A stretch of 64,000 nt of DNA from a virus, in the IMG/VR virus record IMGVR_UViG_3300020125_000159, positions 1-64,000 of that record. One strand, written 5' to 3'. The notes under the pieces are model-generated. The model was not told the DNA's origin. It ran no database searches and saw only the letters and a list, made by a program, of their open reading frames with translations. A program made the position numbers and the translations under genes. Below, in pieces: positions 48,540-58,807 of this stretch (position 1 is its first letter; each line of letters starts with the position of its first letter).

Positions 48540-51500
48540 TACGTGAAACCACTATTTGCGAATGCATACTTGTTAGTAATCTGCGCCATCTGTTTACCAT
48601 CTACCATAAGGTTTACAACTATAGGCTGACCATATAGAGATGAGCCTGTATTTATTGTAGTAACTCCAGGATTAATTGTGGCTCCGAATGGAGAACCTGG
48701 AGCAAAGCTACTCGGAGCGTTTTGTCCTGTAAATGCTTGTCCTGTCTGAGGATTGGTTAATGATCCTCCTGTCGTAGGCGAAAACCCTTGTTGTTGACCT
48801 GTTGCTCCACCTCCTAAACCTAGCGCACCCTTAACTTGATTTACTAGGTTCGTTATGAAACTCTGAACTGCAGTAGTTAATGCGTTCACAAATGCGTCTG
48901 CGGCTGCTTTCCAAGCATTAGGATCTACTAATACCTTGAGTATCTTTTCTGCGTCTTTTTCTGCAAGAGTTAACGCCGTGTCTATTGCTTGGTTTGCCTT
49001 ATCGTTCAATGATTTCCAATTATTAAGGTCGAATAATGGTGCTATGATTTGTGTTACATCCTTAGCTGCAAGCTTAAGTGCCGCGTCTATCGCCTTGTTA
49101 GCACTATCATTCAGCGTCTTCCAATTGTTAACATCGAAAAGCGCTTGTAACATCTTTGTAACATCCTTACCTGCTATAGTTAGCGCCGCATCTATTGCTT
49201 TGTTAGCACTATCATTTAGTGTCTTCCAGTTATTGATGTCGAATAGCGCTTTCAATATATTTGTAACATCTTTACCTGCAATCGTTAACGCTGTATCTAT
49301 CGCCTTGTTAGCGTTATCGTTTAACGTCTTCCAGTTATTAAGGTCAAACAACGGCGTGAATATTGTTGTTACGTCCTTAGCCACAATTTTAAGTGCTGCG
49401 TCTATTGCTTGATTAGCCTTATCGTTTAATGATTTCCAACTGCTAAGGTCAAACAATGGTCCAAAGATAGCAGTAACTGCGGCTGAAATATTTTTAAATG
49501 TGAGTGCACTTTGTAGAGTAGCAATAGCCTTAGGAATTATCGGACCCCAACCTTCTGCGGTAAACAGCGGTCCGAATATAGAGGTGACGGCCTCTGAGAT
49601 ATTTTTAAATGTGAGTGCACTTTTTAAGGCAGCGGCTGCTTTGGGGATTAATGTTGCCCAATTGTTTATATCGAATAATGGAGCGAATAATTTACCAATA
49701 TCTTGAACATTAGGAGCAAAAGATCCAAATAAGAAATCCACAAGTAATTTACCCATCTTGCCCTTATTCTTGTCGAACTGATCTCTTAGGTAGTTAAGAA
49801 ATGAATCAACTGCACCGCCTATTGCCCTCTGTGCTGCATCTCCTGCAGCTGCTCCTGTAATTGCTTGAGCAACCATATTCCAGAAAGCACTACTAACTTT
49901 AGTCTGCGCTTGCTTTCCAGTCAGATAACTATCTAGAGCATCAATTATAGCGGCTCCAGCATTATCCATTGAACCAGTTTTAAATAATGCCTGTAGAGCC
50001 GAGTTTATAGCGTTACCAACTTTCGTGATTACTACTGGTATATTCGTTATAACAAATTTAAATGCATCCTCTATTGTTTTCATTATTGCCTGACCAAGTA
50101 TCTGGGCGTTACTAGTATCCTGAGTAGTGCCGATCTGAGCAATTTGACCAACAATACCGACATCCTTAGTGCCTGTCGAAAGTCCTCCGAGAGTCGTTGG
50201 GGCGAATGGACTGCCCATTGCACCTGCATTCCGAAGAACACCTTTTACTGCACTCCCTGAAGTACCAAAAGGATCTTTAAGGAATGTCTGAAGTTTATCT
50301 ATAATATCTTGTATATCTTTTCCAATAGGTGTCTTAATAATCTGGTCGTGTATTTCCTTGATTGCCTTTGGAATCTCACCTGTGTTATTGAAGAAGCCCT
50401 TTCCAGTAAGTCCCAAGTTGTCTGCTAAAGCACCGATTAAGTCGACGAATGGTTTTAACGCAGGAACCTGCTGTACCAAACCAGCGGCGAATTTGTCTAT
50501 TGAGTCTCTAACTCCATTAAAATTCGTGGCTATTGCAATCAAAGCCGCAGCCACAGCTGTAATAGCTATTCCAATTAGTCCGAACTTTAGTGGAAAACTC
50601 GCACCTGTACTTGCTAATGAATTCACCCCTTTCTCTGCATCTCCTGTTCCACGTGCTAACACACCTATAGCTGTAGAAAATGCACCTACGGCCTGAAGAC
50701 CTGTTGAGAGAAGTGTCGCTGCGAATCTTTCATGGGCTATTCGTGCTGCCTCGATCCTTACAGTTTGTTGTTCTGTTGATGCATTATATTTGGCTATTTT
50801 ATCATTTATACTCGTTATATCCTCCCCTAGTTTAGTGGTGGTACCGCTGGCCTTACCCTGAGACGTACTAATTTTATCTACAGCCGTGGCCCCAGCCTCT
50901 GTATCCTTAGTCAACATTTGTTGTGCCTTCTGATACCTTTCGACAGCTGATGCATATTGTGTACTGTTTCTACCAAATTTTTCAAGTGCTACGTTTACTT
51001 TTTCTTGGTCTATTGCTATTGTTTCCTTGTCCGTCTTTACCTTACCCTCTATTTGTCCTACCTTTTCATAGGACGTCCCAAGCTTCTCATTAGCATCTGA
51101 TCCAGACGCGACGTCCTTGTTATACTTATCCATTGCTTTTTGTATACCTAATAACTGAGTATTTAAGCTGGCAGCTCCCGTGTCTACTCTGGCTTGTGTC
51201 CTTTGCATAGCTTCATAACCTGAGGCAACCCCTACAGAGCCACTTGCTACCGTAGATAATGACCCTCCTAATATGAGCATATTACTGCCAAGATTACTAG
51301 TGCCTGTCGATAAAGTTTGAACAGAGCCGCCAGCCGTACTAGCATTGGTTCCTAGAGTACTTATGTTGGAACCTGCAGTATCAGCATTAGTTCCAATACT
51401 ACCTATATTAGTAGCAGCGGTACCAGCGTCTGTTCCTAGAGTTTCTATACTAGTAGCAGCTGTATTAGCATCGGTGCCGAGAGTATCTACCGAAGTAGCA

Positions 51501-52117
51501 GCGGTACCAGCATCGGTGCCCAAAGTGTCTATATTTGTAGCGGCAGTACCAGAATCTGTTCCGAGAGTATCGATACTCGTACTAGCAGTACCACTATTAG
51601 TGCCAAGAGTATCTAAAGCCGTGTTAGCAGTATCAGAACTTGTGCCTAGACTATCCAGACCCGTATTAGCGGTATCAGCACTTGTTCCTAATGAATCTAA
51701 ACCAGTATTTGCCGTGTCAGCATTCGTTCCTAATGTATCTAAGGAGGTATTAGCAGTATCAGCGCTAGTCCCCAACGAACCTAAATTAGTATTAGCAGTA
51801 TCAGCATTAGTACCTAGAGTATCTAATCCAGTGCCAGCAGTATCAGAGTTAGTTCCAAGAGTATCTAGACCTGTTCCAGCAGTATCTGCGTTAGTCCCTA
51901 GTGTACCTAAAGCAGTATTAGCAGTATCGATATTCGTTCCTAACGTACTAAGATTAGTTTCAGCAGTACTAGAACCAGATCCCAAACTGTCTAGACTTTG
52001 GCCCGCCGTATCTGCCGCTGACTGTAATGACTGTAGTTTTTGAGAAAGGTCATCTAGGGCGCTACTAAATTCGTCTGCTCCCGTCAGGGCTACCTCTACC
52101 GATAACTGGTTACTCAA
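48539..52117 (-). CDS. Tail tape measure protein
   Basis: 1192 aa, Ala-rich, 14-aa and 33-aa repeats, hydrophobic segment, C-terminal VNLMVDGK. Confidence 0.88.
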   Translation of the reverse strand: MSNQLSVEVALTGADEFSSALDDLSQKLQSLQSAADTAGQSLDSLGSGSSTAETNLSTLGTNIDTANTALGTLGTNADTAGTGLDTLGTNSDTAGTGLDTLGTNADTANTNLGSLGTSADTANTSLDTLGTNADTANTGLDSLGTSADTANTGLDSLGTSSDTANTALDTLGTNSGTASTSIDTLGTDSGTAATNIDTLGTDAGTAATSVDTLGTDANTAATSIETLGTDAGTAATNIGSIGTNADTAGSNISTLGTNASTAGGSVQTLSTGTSNLGSNMLILGGSLSTVASGSVGVASGYEAMQRTQARVDTGAASLNTQLLGIQKAMDKYNKDVASGSDANEKLGTSYEKVGQIEGKVKTDKETIAIDQEKVNVALEKFGRNSTQYASAVERYQKAQQMLTKDTEAGATAVDKISTSQGKASGTTTKLGEDITSINDKIAKYNASTEQQTVRIEAARIAHERFAATLLSTGLQAVGAFSTAIGVLARGTGDAEKGVNSLASTGASFPLKFGLIGIAITAVAAALIAIATNFNGVRDSIDKFAAGLVQQVPALKPFVDLIGALADNLGLTGKGFFNNTGEIPKAIKEIHDQIIKTPIGKDIQDIIDKLQTFLKDPFGTSGSAVKGVLRNAGAMGSPFAPTTLGGLSTGTKDVGIVGQIAQIGTTQDTSNAQILGQAIMKTIEDAFKFVITNIPVVITKVGNAINSALQALFKTGSMDNAGAAIIDALDSYLTGKQAQTKVSSAFWNMVAQAITGAAAGDAAQRAIGGAVDSFLNYLRDQFDKNKGKMGKLLVDFLFGSFAPNVQDIGKLFAPLFDINNWATLIPKAAAALKSALTFKNISEAVTSIFGPLFTAEGWGPIIPKAIATLQSALTFKNISAAVTAIFGPLFDLSSWKSLNDKANQAIDAALKIVAKDVTTIFTPLFDLNNWKTLNDNANKAIDTALTIAGKDVTNILKALFDINNWKTLNDSANKAIDAALTIAGKDVTKMLQALFDVNNWKTLNDSANKAIDAALKLAAKDVTQIIAPLFDLNNWKSLNDKANQAIDTALTLAEKDAEKILKVLVDPNAWKAAADAFVNALTTAVQSFITNLVNQVKGALGLGGGATGQQQGFSPTTGGSLTNPQTGQAFTGQNAPSSFAPGSPFGATINPGVTTINTGSSLYGQPIVVNLMVDGKQMAQITNKYAFANSGFT

Positions 52118-52169
52118 ATCGCGATATAGTTCTACCCCTTAGTTATATGATAGGAACTAAATTCCTACC

Positions 52170-52517
52170 CTACAATAATACAGTCGAATTAAAGTCGTCG
52201 ATTATATCCTGTGCAGTATACTCGTCGAAGACAACGAAAAAGAACGGTTGTGCTGTCTGAAAGCGAGTCCCCATCTCTACATAAATCGAATAATCAGCAG
52301 TAGAAGATACCTGTGCTGTTGTATCGTCCGAGTTTGTAACACTAATATGGTCTCTTAAAAACCCAGTATCAACTGGTGCTCTCTCCTGCATTTTTTGTAC
52401 CATTTCATCTGCTATTTTCTTTGGTTCTGAAGATTGAAAGTCTTTGACCTTTTGCGCTACGTCTTTAAAATGAGAAGCTATATCTTCTGCTCCTGTGACT
52501 GTAAATGTAACGTCCAT
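52170..52517 (-). CDS. HK97 gp10-like tail completion/neck protein
   Basis: APVDTGFLR..I, YSIYVEMGT..AQPF. Confidence 0.88.
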   Translation of the reverse strand: MDVTFTVTGAEDIASHFKDVAQKVKDFQSSEPKKIADEMVQKMQERAPVDTGFLRDHISVTNSDDTTAQVSSTADYSIYVEMGTRFQTAQPFFFVVFDEYTAQDIIDDFNSTVLL

Positions 52518-52780
52518 TACCAGGACTGCCTCTTTGCCTTCACTTCAGATTTCCAGCGTTCCTTCTCCATGTTATATCTCTCTGCTTCATTTTGTATATG
52601 TTTCATTGATATCATATTAGCTATATCTTCTTTGTAAACTTCATGATCTTCTGAGTATTCCCATGGCCTAACGTGGAATTGGTCGAGCATTATGAATTGT
52701 TTGTATATTTCCATTTCTTGTGAATTAAGTTTGTAGCTACCTTCACGAAAGAGGATTGTAAATGAGTCTACGAATTTGGG
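52517..52780 (-). CDS. Tail assembly chaperone T segment (reached by -1 frameshift)
   Basis: Open from slippery CCCAAAT at 52780-52774. Confidence 0.7.
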   Translation of the reverse strand, partial: PKFVDSFTILFREGSYKLNSQEMEIYKQFIMLDQFHVRPWEYSEDHEVYKEDIANMISMKHIQNEAERYNMEKERWKSEVKAKRQSW

Positions 52781-53217
52781 ATACCGTATATGGTCCTGAT
52801 ATTTTGACTTTCAAGTATTCTTTTAACTATTTCAAAGTCTGATACCTCAAACTCTTCTGCAGTCATACCAAGATAATAGAGTGCTGCCTTTTGTAACACT
52901 TCCATATTCTTTGCTGATCTCTCTGGTGAGGGACGCATCTTTGCAGCTTCAGCCCTCAATCTTTCAAGCTCTGAATAGTCTTTTGTTTTTATTTTCTTTC
53001 TAGTATAGGTTTTTGGTGTACCATCAACTTCTATGGTAAACTCGTTCATAGGAGTATATTTTTTGACATCTCTTAATTGAGCATCATTAAGTTGTGATAG
53101 TAATGGCTTCCATTCCTTTCCTTCTGTTATAACTGGGTCTATTGTAGTTGTTTCAGCAGGAGGATTGAAAGTATCTGATTCTTTAGACTTTTCCTTTTCT
53201 TGGTCTTCTTGCGACAA
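52768..53217 (-). CDS. Tail assembly chaperone G
   Basis: Directly after the tail tube gene; ends at the slippery site. Confidence 0.7.
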   Translation of the reverse strand: MSQEDQEKEKSKESDTFNPPAETTTIDPVITEGKEWKPLLSQLNDAQLRDVKKYTPMNEFTIEVDGTPKTYTRKKIKTKDYSELERLRAEAAKMRPSPERSAKNMEVLQKAALYYLGMTAEEFEVSDFEIVKRILESQNIRTIYGIPNS

Positions 53218-53255
53218 TAGTTTAAAGGTATGTTTGCTTACTATTAACTAACTAA

Positions 53256-54200
53256 TTAGCCGCTAACAGCGACCTGTTGTGCAACTCCCGAAAATGTTAT
53301 AGTCTTGATTTTGTTTGCAGTTGGTGAGTCTGGGGTGTTGAATTTATCTAGGTATAGATTGGTGAAGTTTAGGGTGACTGGACCAACTGAATTGAGTTGG
53401 TATGACGCGGTTCTTGCAGTTAGCGCAATTGCGTCTGAGATAGTGTCGAATGGTCCGCCTGTTCCATCAGCTGACACATCAGTGTATATAATATCAAAGT
53501 CTACTGTGATATCTCTATTAGTCGGTTCGAGGTATTTAATTACAGATTCGCCGAGTGGTTTTATTTTGTCGAGGTTATGAGTTACACCAGCCTTGAATGT
53601 TATAGTATCATATGACTTTCCATTAATTGTAAGTGGATGTGAGCCTCCTGTTAATCCTGACCACGGTGGTACAGTGGTAGAGTTTGGAGCACAATACGAT
53701 GGAGTACCTGCACCGCCTGCACCTACGAATGTAGTAGCTGGAGTATTCAGCACAGAAGCAACCATAGTTTGAGTTACTTCTACTTTTGTCTCTGTAACTG
53801 AAATCTCTATTTTTTCTGTACGAGCGCCTTTTACAAGATAGAAGTATTCAGTAGCGTTAACAGTCTGAGACCAGAGAATAGATAATGATCTGTATATGTT
53901 GCCGACACCTGTCGCGCCAGTGCTGCTAAAGTATTCTGTCCCATATTTCATGAACAAACTGTTGAAAGGCTGATACTTTAGGACGATGTTATAAAGTTGG
54001 CCTGATTTTACTTCTTGGTAAATATCCCTGGAGCCTAACTGTCTATTTTTAATCGATTGAATATCTATGCTGAGTGCAAGATCAGTGATAGCTCCACAGC
54101 TTGTAAAAACTGGTGAAGTTGGTGTGGTTGCGTATGTTGCCTCTTCCACGAACTGTGGGATTCTCGTAAATTTATAAGCACCAGTTGGTTGATACGACAT
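53256..54200 (-). CDS. Major tail tube protein
   Basis: EEATYATTP N-terminal motif, position and size. Confidence 0.8.
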   Translation of the reverse strand: MSYQPTGAYKFTRIPQFVEEATYATTPTSPVFTSCGAITDLALSIDIQSIKNRQLGSRDIYQEVKSGQLYNIVLKYQPFNSLFMKYGTEYFSSTGATGVGNIYRSLSILWSQTVNATEYFYLVKGARTEKIEISVTETKVEVTQTMVASVLNTPATTFVGAGGAGTPSYCAPNSTTVPPWSGLTGGSHPLTINGKSYDTITFKAGVTHNLDKIKPLGESVIKYLEPTNRDITVDFDIIYTDVSADGTGGPFDTISDAIALTARTASYQLNSVGPVTLNFTNLYLDKFNTPDSPTANKIKTITFSGVAQQVAVSG

Positions 54201-54367
54201 AACTAGTTAGTCTCCGATTTGATTGTAAACACTTTAAATTACTCGATATGTAAGTTAGAGGTAACGAAAATAGAGAACTAATGACTTGGGAAAAGAAGAA
54301 TGTTACAGCACCGATAGTCGATATACCTAAATACCTCGTCTACCTTATCTACCTTAGGTATAAAGAA

Positions 54368-54475
54368 ATGACAAAATCGGTAAAGGTAGACGACGAGGAT
54401 TACTCTTACGTCGTTAAACAAGCGAAATATGGCGAATCATTTGCCAAAGTCCTAAAGAGGCTGTTAAAGCGATGA
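54368..54475 (+). CDS. 35-aa RHH/antitoxin-like regulator
   Basis: KSVKVDDEDY...GESFAKVLKRLL; TACCT repeats upstream. Confidence 0.65.
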   Translation: MTKSVKVDDEDYSYVVKQAKYGESFAKVLKRLLKR

Positions 54476-54786
54476 ATAGGGGATTAATCATATTTGGAAT
54501 GATATGTACTATAATTGGTACGATGATTGGATTCTATTTGATATTCAGTTCGCCCATGCCTAGATTCATATTGTTTGGAGAAGCTCATGCGCAGACATCC
54601 AATCTCGACGAATTATCGGGTTATATGAACACATTATCTGCATTTACTAGCGCTTGTAATAATGCCCTTGATAATCAGGCAGTTCAGGCCGCATGTGCAC
54701 AGATATTCAATGAAGAACATGATTTACTAAAACCATTCATGGATCAGAATAGAGATCTGATGTCTAGGGTGATACTTGGACCTTAG
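54472..54786 (+). CDS. Membrane-anchored/secreted small protein
   Basis: N-terminal TM, AHA cleavage-like site, Cys pair. Confidence 0.65.
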   Translation: MNRGLIIFGMICTIIGTMIGFYLIFSSPMPRFILFGEAHAQTSNLDELSGYMNTLSAFTSACNNALDNQAVQAACAQIFNEEHDLLKPFMDQNRDLMSRVILGP

Positions 54787-54788
54787 AA

Positions 54789-54959
54789 TTGTTCGACAAG
54801 AAGCCTCAAGCGGTTCAGGTAAAGTGTGGAAGTTGTAGAAAGAAATTTCTACCTGAAGCCATTAAGGTTATGACTACCATTAGAGGCTTCATGGTCTACG
54901 CATGTCCCAATTGCCATACTGTGTTCAACGTACAGTCTAACTCAGTGATTGCTAAGTAG
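54789..54959 (+). CDS. 56-aa Zn-ribbon protein
   Basis: CGSC...CPNC; hand-translated. Confidence 0.55.
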   Translation: MFDKKPQAVQVKCGSCRKKFLPEAIKVMTTIRGFMVYACPNCHTVFNVQSNSVIAK

Positions 54960-55440
54960 TCGTCGCTATGAAGTAGAGAATCTCTATTTGCACAACTGCC
55001 ATCCAAAGGTCTGTAACTGCATCCCTAACAGGAACATCAACAGTTCGAATGACACGCATATAGCCACCATTCGGACCTATCGTTGGCACATTCCTTCTAT
55101 TTATTTGAATTATTGACTCTAATGAACGTTTTATATCGTCAAGTTCTATAGGTCTAGTTCTAGTATTTTTGCGAACAAAGATATGAGCGTCTACAAAGTC
55201 TGTTGCCGTTTCATACTGCCATCCTATAACTAAAGGACTCCTATCTATCGATCTATCTAGAAAGTGAATCTGATATGAACCGTAACCATCCCACCATAAA
55301 TTTCTAAATTTAATTTGTGTTGATTTTACTAGTGCGGTAGCATCAGGCCAGTTAGCCATTGCCCAATTCTTTAACGTTAATGACATGGGCTCTGTTAGGT
55401 TGCCCCCTCCTGACTTGCCTGGGACGACTACACTACTCAT
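54952..55440 (-). CDS. Tail terminator-like protein
   Basis: Size, position upstream of the tube gene, C-terminal beta strand. Confidence 0.6.
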   Translation of the reverse strand: MSSVVVPGKSGGGNLTEPMSLTLKNWAMANWPDATALVKSTQIKFRNLWWDGYGSYQIHFLDRSIDRSPLVIGWQYETATDFVDAHIFVRKNTRTRPIELDDIKRSLESIIQINRRNVPTIGPNGGYMRVIRTVDVPVRDAVTDLWMAVVQIEILYFIATTT

Positions 55441-55476
55441 ATTCTATATAAGACGAAGAAAGAAGTAAAGAAGTAA

Positions 55477-57684
55477 TTAACGAAGACGTCTTGAAAGTCC
55501 TAACATTTTACTGACTATTGAATTTACATTATTCAATCGTGCAGTATGTCGTCCTGGAGGCCTAATCCTTCTATGGTCAGAGATTATTCCTTCTATTTGT
55601 ACTGTATCATTCATAGAGAATCTGAATGTCATTTGTCCACGACCTACAGAGTCTGAGATACGGATTTGGGCTAATACCTTTTGTGCATGACGGAACTCTA
55701 ACGGTTCAATCATGTTTATACTTGGTCTAGGTAATCTATGTTGTGATTCAGTAATACCTACAGTATCGCCTATGAAACGTCTAACTCGTCTACTTATAGA
55801 TTCGGTAATATTCATTTTTGTCGTAGTGTAAATCTTTGTTGTGGGAGTAAGGTCAGTCCAAATACTTCTAAATATTTTCTTTATTCGTGTGGCAATGTCA
55901 GATATTGATATACCTGTTTCTATTATGATTCTGGGTATAATCCTTGTTTTTGATAAAGCACTAGATATTGATATAGTCTGTGTTGATAGTGTTATTTTGT
56001 ATAGTTTTCGTGTTAGTATTGACTCTAATGACGCAATGGTTTCTGTCAGACGTCTATTATACTTACCTAGTTTTGTTAATAATTCAGATATCGTTATAGT
56101 CTGCGTAGAGAGTTTTGGTTTAGCATTTCTTAATTGAGAATCCGTTATCGATATAGTGTCCGAGATTGACCTGGTTTTTAGTGGTCCACTACCAGCTAAT
56201 GCGTATAGGAGAGTCCGTATTGATGTTATTCTAGCTTTTAGTCCATACTTCAGAGTTCTGACTGTGGATAATAATCTCTTTCTTAGATAATATTTGAGTG
56301 TCCTTTGTGTCCCAGCAATTCTTTTTCTAAGATAATATTGTAACGTTCTTTGTGCTACAATCCTAGATTTTAAAGAATATTTTACAGTTCGCTGTGTTGA
56401 TAGTAACCTAGCTTTTAATCCATATTTGACGGTTCTAGCAGTAGAGGCTAGTCTTTTCTTTAATGAATATTGTAATGTGCGTGCAGTACTTGCTAATCTC
56501 TTCTTTAGACTATATTGTAACGTTCTTTGTGTTGTTAAAAGTCTTAATTTTAATGCATATTTGACTGTCCTCTGCGTTGTAAGTAGTCTCTTTTTTAATG
56601 CGTATTTTATTGTTCTCTGTGTTGATAACAGTCTAGCCTTTAAACCATATTTGATTGTTCTAAGTCCTACTCTTCTAGCTTTGAGTCCGTAGATTAGAGT
56701 TCTTTGGGTACTTGCTATTCTTTTCTTTAGGGCATATTGTATTGTGCGCTGTGTTGATAACAGCCTTTTATGTAGATAGTATTTTACTGTTCTAACTCCT
56801 GCAATTCTTGATTTTAAAGCATAGTTTACGGTTCGTGTGGTACTAGCCAGTCGTTTTTTTAATGCATAATTTACAGTCCGCGCAGTACTGGCTAATCTCT
56901 TATGAAGAAAATATTTTACCGTTCTAGCAGTACTGGCTAATCTGGTTTTTAATCCATAATTTATAGTTCTAGCAGTAGATAAAAGTCTCTTCTTTAACCC
57001 ATATTTTATAGTTCTTGCAGTACTGTTTAGGTTTGAAACTGTAGTGAATACTAATGTATCTGTTGCTGCGCTAATGAATGAAGCACATGTTGTTGCACTT
57101 GCTTCGGTAGTACCGTCAAAATAGAATGTATCAGTGAATGCAGTTGAGGCTCCCTGAGTTGTCTTAAATATTATCTCAAATACTATTACGTCACCGACCT
57201 GAGTTGTTACTGCGGAACCTGAAAATGTCCCGCTTAGTGCTACCTCTGAAGTACTAGCCTCTGAGAGTGTTATTCCAGTTGCACTATTAAGTATATTTCC
57301 AACTTTTGAACCGCCAGCACTTGGACGCCACACATAACATGTTACGTTAGCGGTTGCACTTGTAGTTGTAGGAAAGTTTGCACTTGCAGAACTTTCCTTC
57401 GCGGCAAAAGAAAAAGTCCATGTCTGTGCGCTTATAGACGTAGAAGATAAGGGAGGACTTACAAACTTAGTAAAGTAATAATTATTTGCACTAGTATTTG
57501 CGAGAGAGGTGACTGCTATACTTGTCTGTAATGTACCAATAGTGCTATTCATCAGACGGTTTACTGTTTGGGCATCACCGCCAGTACTAGTAACTATAGT
57601 TAGTGCAGACTGTGTGGCTTGAGGAAGTGTTCCGTGTCCTACTAATGTGTTACTTGAGGCATGAAGATATAATTTTGTCGCTAT
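55477..57684 (-). CDS. Virion protein: beta N-domain plus ~19 cationic 14-15-aa repeats
   Basis: STARTVKYxLKxRL repeats; frame open upstream to ATA 57684. Confidence 0.75.
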   Translation of the reverse strand: MATKLYLHASSNTLVGHGTLPQATQSALTIVTSTGGDAQTVNRLMNSTIGTLQTSIAVTSLANTSANNYYFTKFVSPPLSSTSISAQTWTFSFAAKESSASANFPTTTSATANVTCYVWRPSAGGSKVGNILNSATGITLSEASTSEVALSGTFSGSAVTTQVGDVIVFEIIFKTTQGASTAFTDTFYFDGTTEASATTCASFISAATDTLVFTTVSNLNSTARTIKYGLKKRLLSTARTINYGLKTRLASTARTVKYFLHKRLASTARTVNYALKKRLASTTRTVNYALKSRIAGVRTVKYYLHKRLLSTQRTIQYALKKRIASTQRTLIYGLKARRVGLRTIKYGLKARLLSTQRTIKYALKKRLLTTQRTVKYALKLRLLTTQRTLQYSLKKRLASTARTLQYSLKKRLASTARTVKYGLKARLLSTQRTVKYSLKSRIVAQRTLQYYLRKRIAGTQRTLKYYLRKRLLSTVRTLKYGLKARITSIRTLLYALAGSGPLKTRSISDTISITDSQLRNAKPKLSTQTITISELLTKLGKYNRRLTETIASLESILTRKLYKITLSTQTISISSALSKTRIIPRIIIETGISISDIATRIKKIFRSIWTDLTPTTKIYTTTKMNITESISRRVRRFIGDTVGITESQHRLPRPSINMIEPLEFRHAQKVLAQIRISDSVGRGQMTFRFSMNDTVQIEGIISDHRRIRPPGRHTARLNNVNSIVSKMLGLSRRLR

Positions 57685-57814
57685 GTCTGCTCAGCCTAAA
57701 AATAGAGAAAGAAGTAGAGACTTAGGAAGTAACTAGTTTATTCCAAGGTGCTTGCCCTTTTTTATGTCCCATTACATAGGATAGAGGTATTGCGAATATA
57801 TAAATTATGCGGAC

Positions 57815-58327
57815 TCAGGCAGCTGTGTCTCCATCCGTTTCAAACTTAAAGGTATTCGCATCAACTGGAGTAGCTAATGATGCATTAATCACCCTTTTGA
57901 ACCATACTGCTTTTGTTGCGCTTGCTACCATATCACCTATAACTAGACCAGTAGCGTAGGTAGTTGGCGCTGAAAATGCTGACAAGCCTGTCGGTGCAGT
58001 CGTAATGTTTGTTATAGTTTGTTCAGTAGCATTGATTGCTGACGAACCCAAAGCCATAGTAATCTCATCTTCTGTTGACGTAGTTATCTGAGTAACATAA
58101 ATCTGAGCTGAAAAGAATGTTTGTGCTGAAGTATTTTTTACATAGAGACAAAGATAGTCTGTAGAACCTGCCAATGTTTCTGTCCCTGCTGCATTTGGGA
58201 AAAGATTTGCCGCACTGTTATCCACTAACTCTGTTGTGCTAATTGCACCACCTAGAGCTAATGCGGGGTTTGTGTTAGCTGCACCACCACTTAAATAATA
58301 TTTTATATCCGCTGCTAAAACTGCCAT
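57815..58327 (-). CDS. Virion structural protein, YYLSGG family
   Basis: Paralogue of 19534. Confidence 0.7.
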   Translation of the reverse strand: MAVLAADIKYYLSGGAANTNPALALGGAISTTELVDNSAANLFPNAAGTETLAGSTDYLCLYVKNTSAQTFFSAQIYVTQITTSTEDEITMALGSSAINATEQTITNITTAPTGLSAFSAPTTYATGLVIGDMVASATKAVWFKRVINASLATPVDANTFKFETDGDTAA

Positions 58328-58366
58328 TTATTACAGGGAATAAAAAGTCTGAAGAAAAGTAGAGAA

Positions 58367-58804
58367 CTAACCTATTACATCTTCATCCGAACCAAACGCC
58401 GCGTCTCTATTGCTAGAGTCAGCAGCACCAGGTAGACTACGGTATATAGGGGCGTTAGGATTCAACGGATATGTTCTATAAGGTGCTGAAAGAACGAATA
58501 ACGACTCTGGGCTTGATTCGCGTATCGAGAAGCAGATATCCATCGCCTTACTGTAATGAGCATCACCCTTTCCATTCTCATCTTCGAAATGATCCCTGAT
58601 CCATGATGAAGCGAAATATTCACTACTCTCTTTGATAAGCGGATAGATAGGATCGGTTATTTGATAGCCTGAATGACCAGTCTCTGATTCTACTCTAGCA
58701 TCACCATACTGAACGGCTTGTTGAAAGTCGGCATCACTAATATCTGCGGTATCAATATTTCCAGCTAATTTTCTTGCTACAACATAATCTCCATAAGGTG
58801 GCAT
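58367..58804 (-). CDS. Head-tail adaptor-like protein
   Basis: YGD....RKL...ISDAD..Q.....D..V pattern. Confidence 0.65.
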   Translation of the reverse strand: MPPYGDYVVARKLAGNIDTADISDADFQQAVQYGDARVESETGHSGYQITDPIYPLIKESSEYFASSWIRDHFEDENGKGDAHYSKAMDICFSIRESSPESLFVLSAPYRTYPLNPNAPIYRSLPGAADSSNRDAAFGSDEDVIG

Positions 58805-58807
58805 ATT

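Noticed and set aside
48936-52043. Plus-strand ORFs within the tape measure gene, and similar antisense ORFs in the fibre genes
   Set aside because: Shadow frames of repetitive genes
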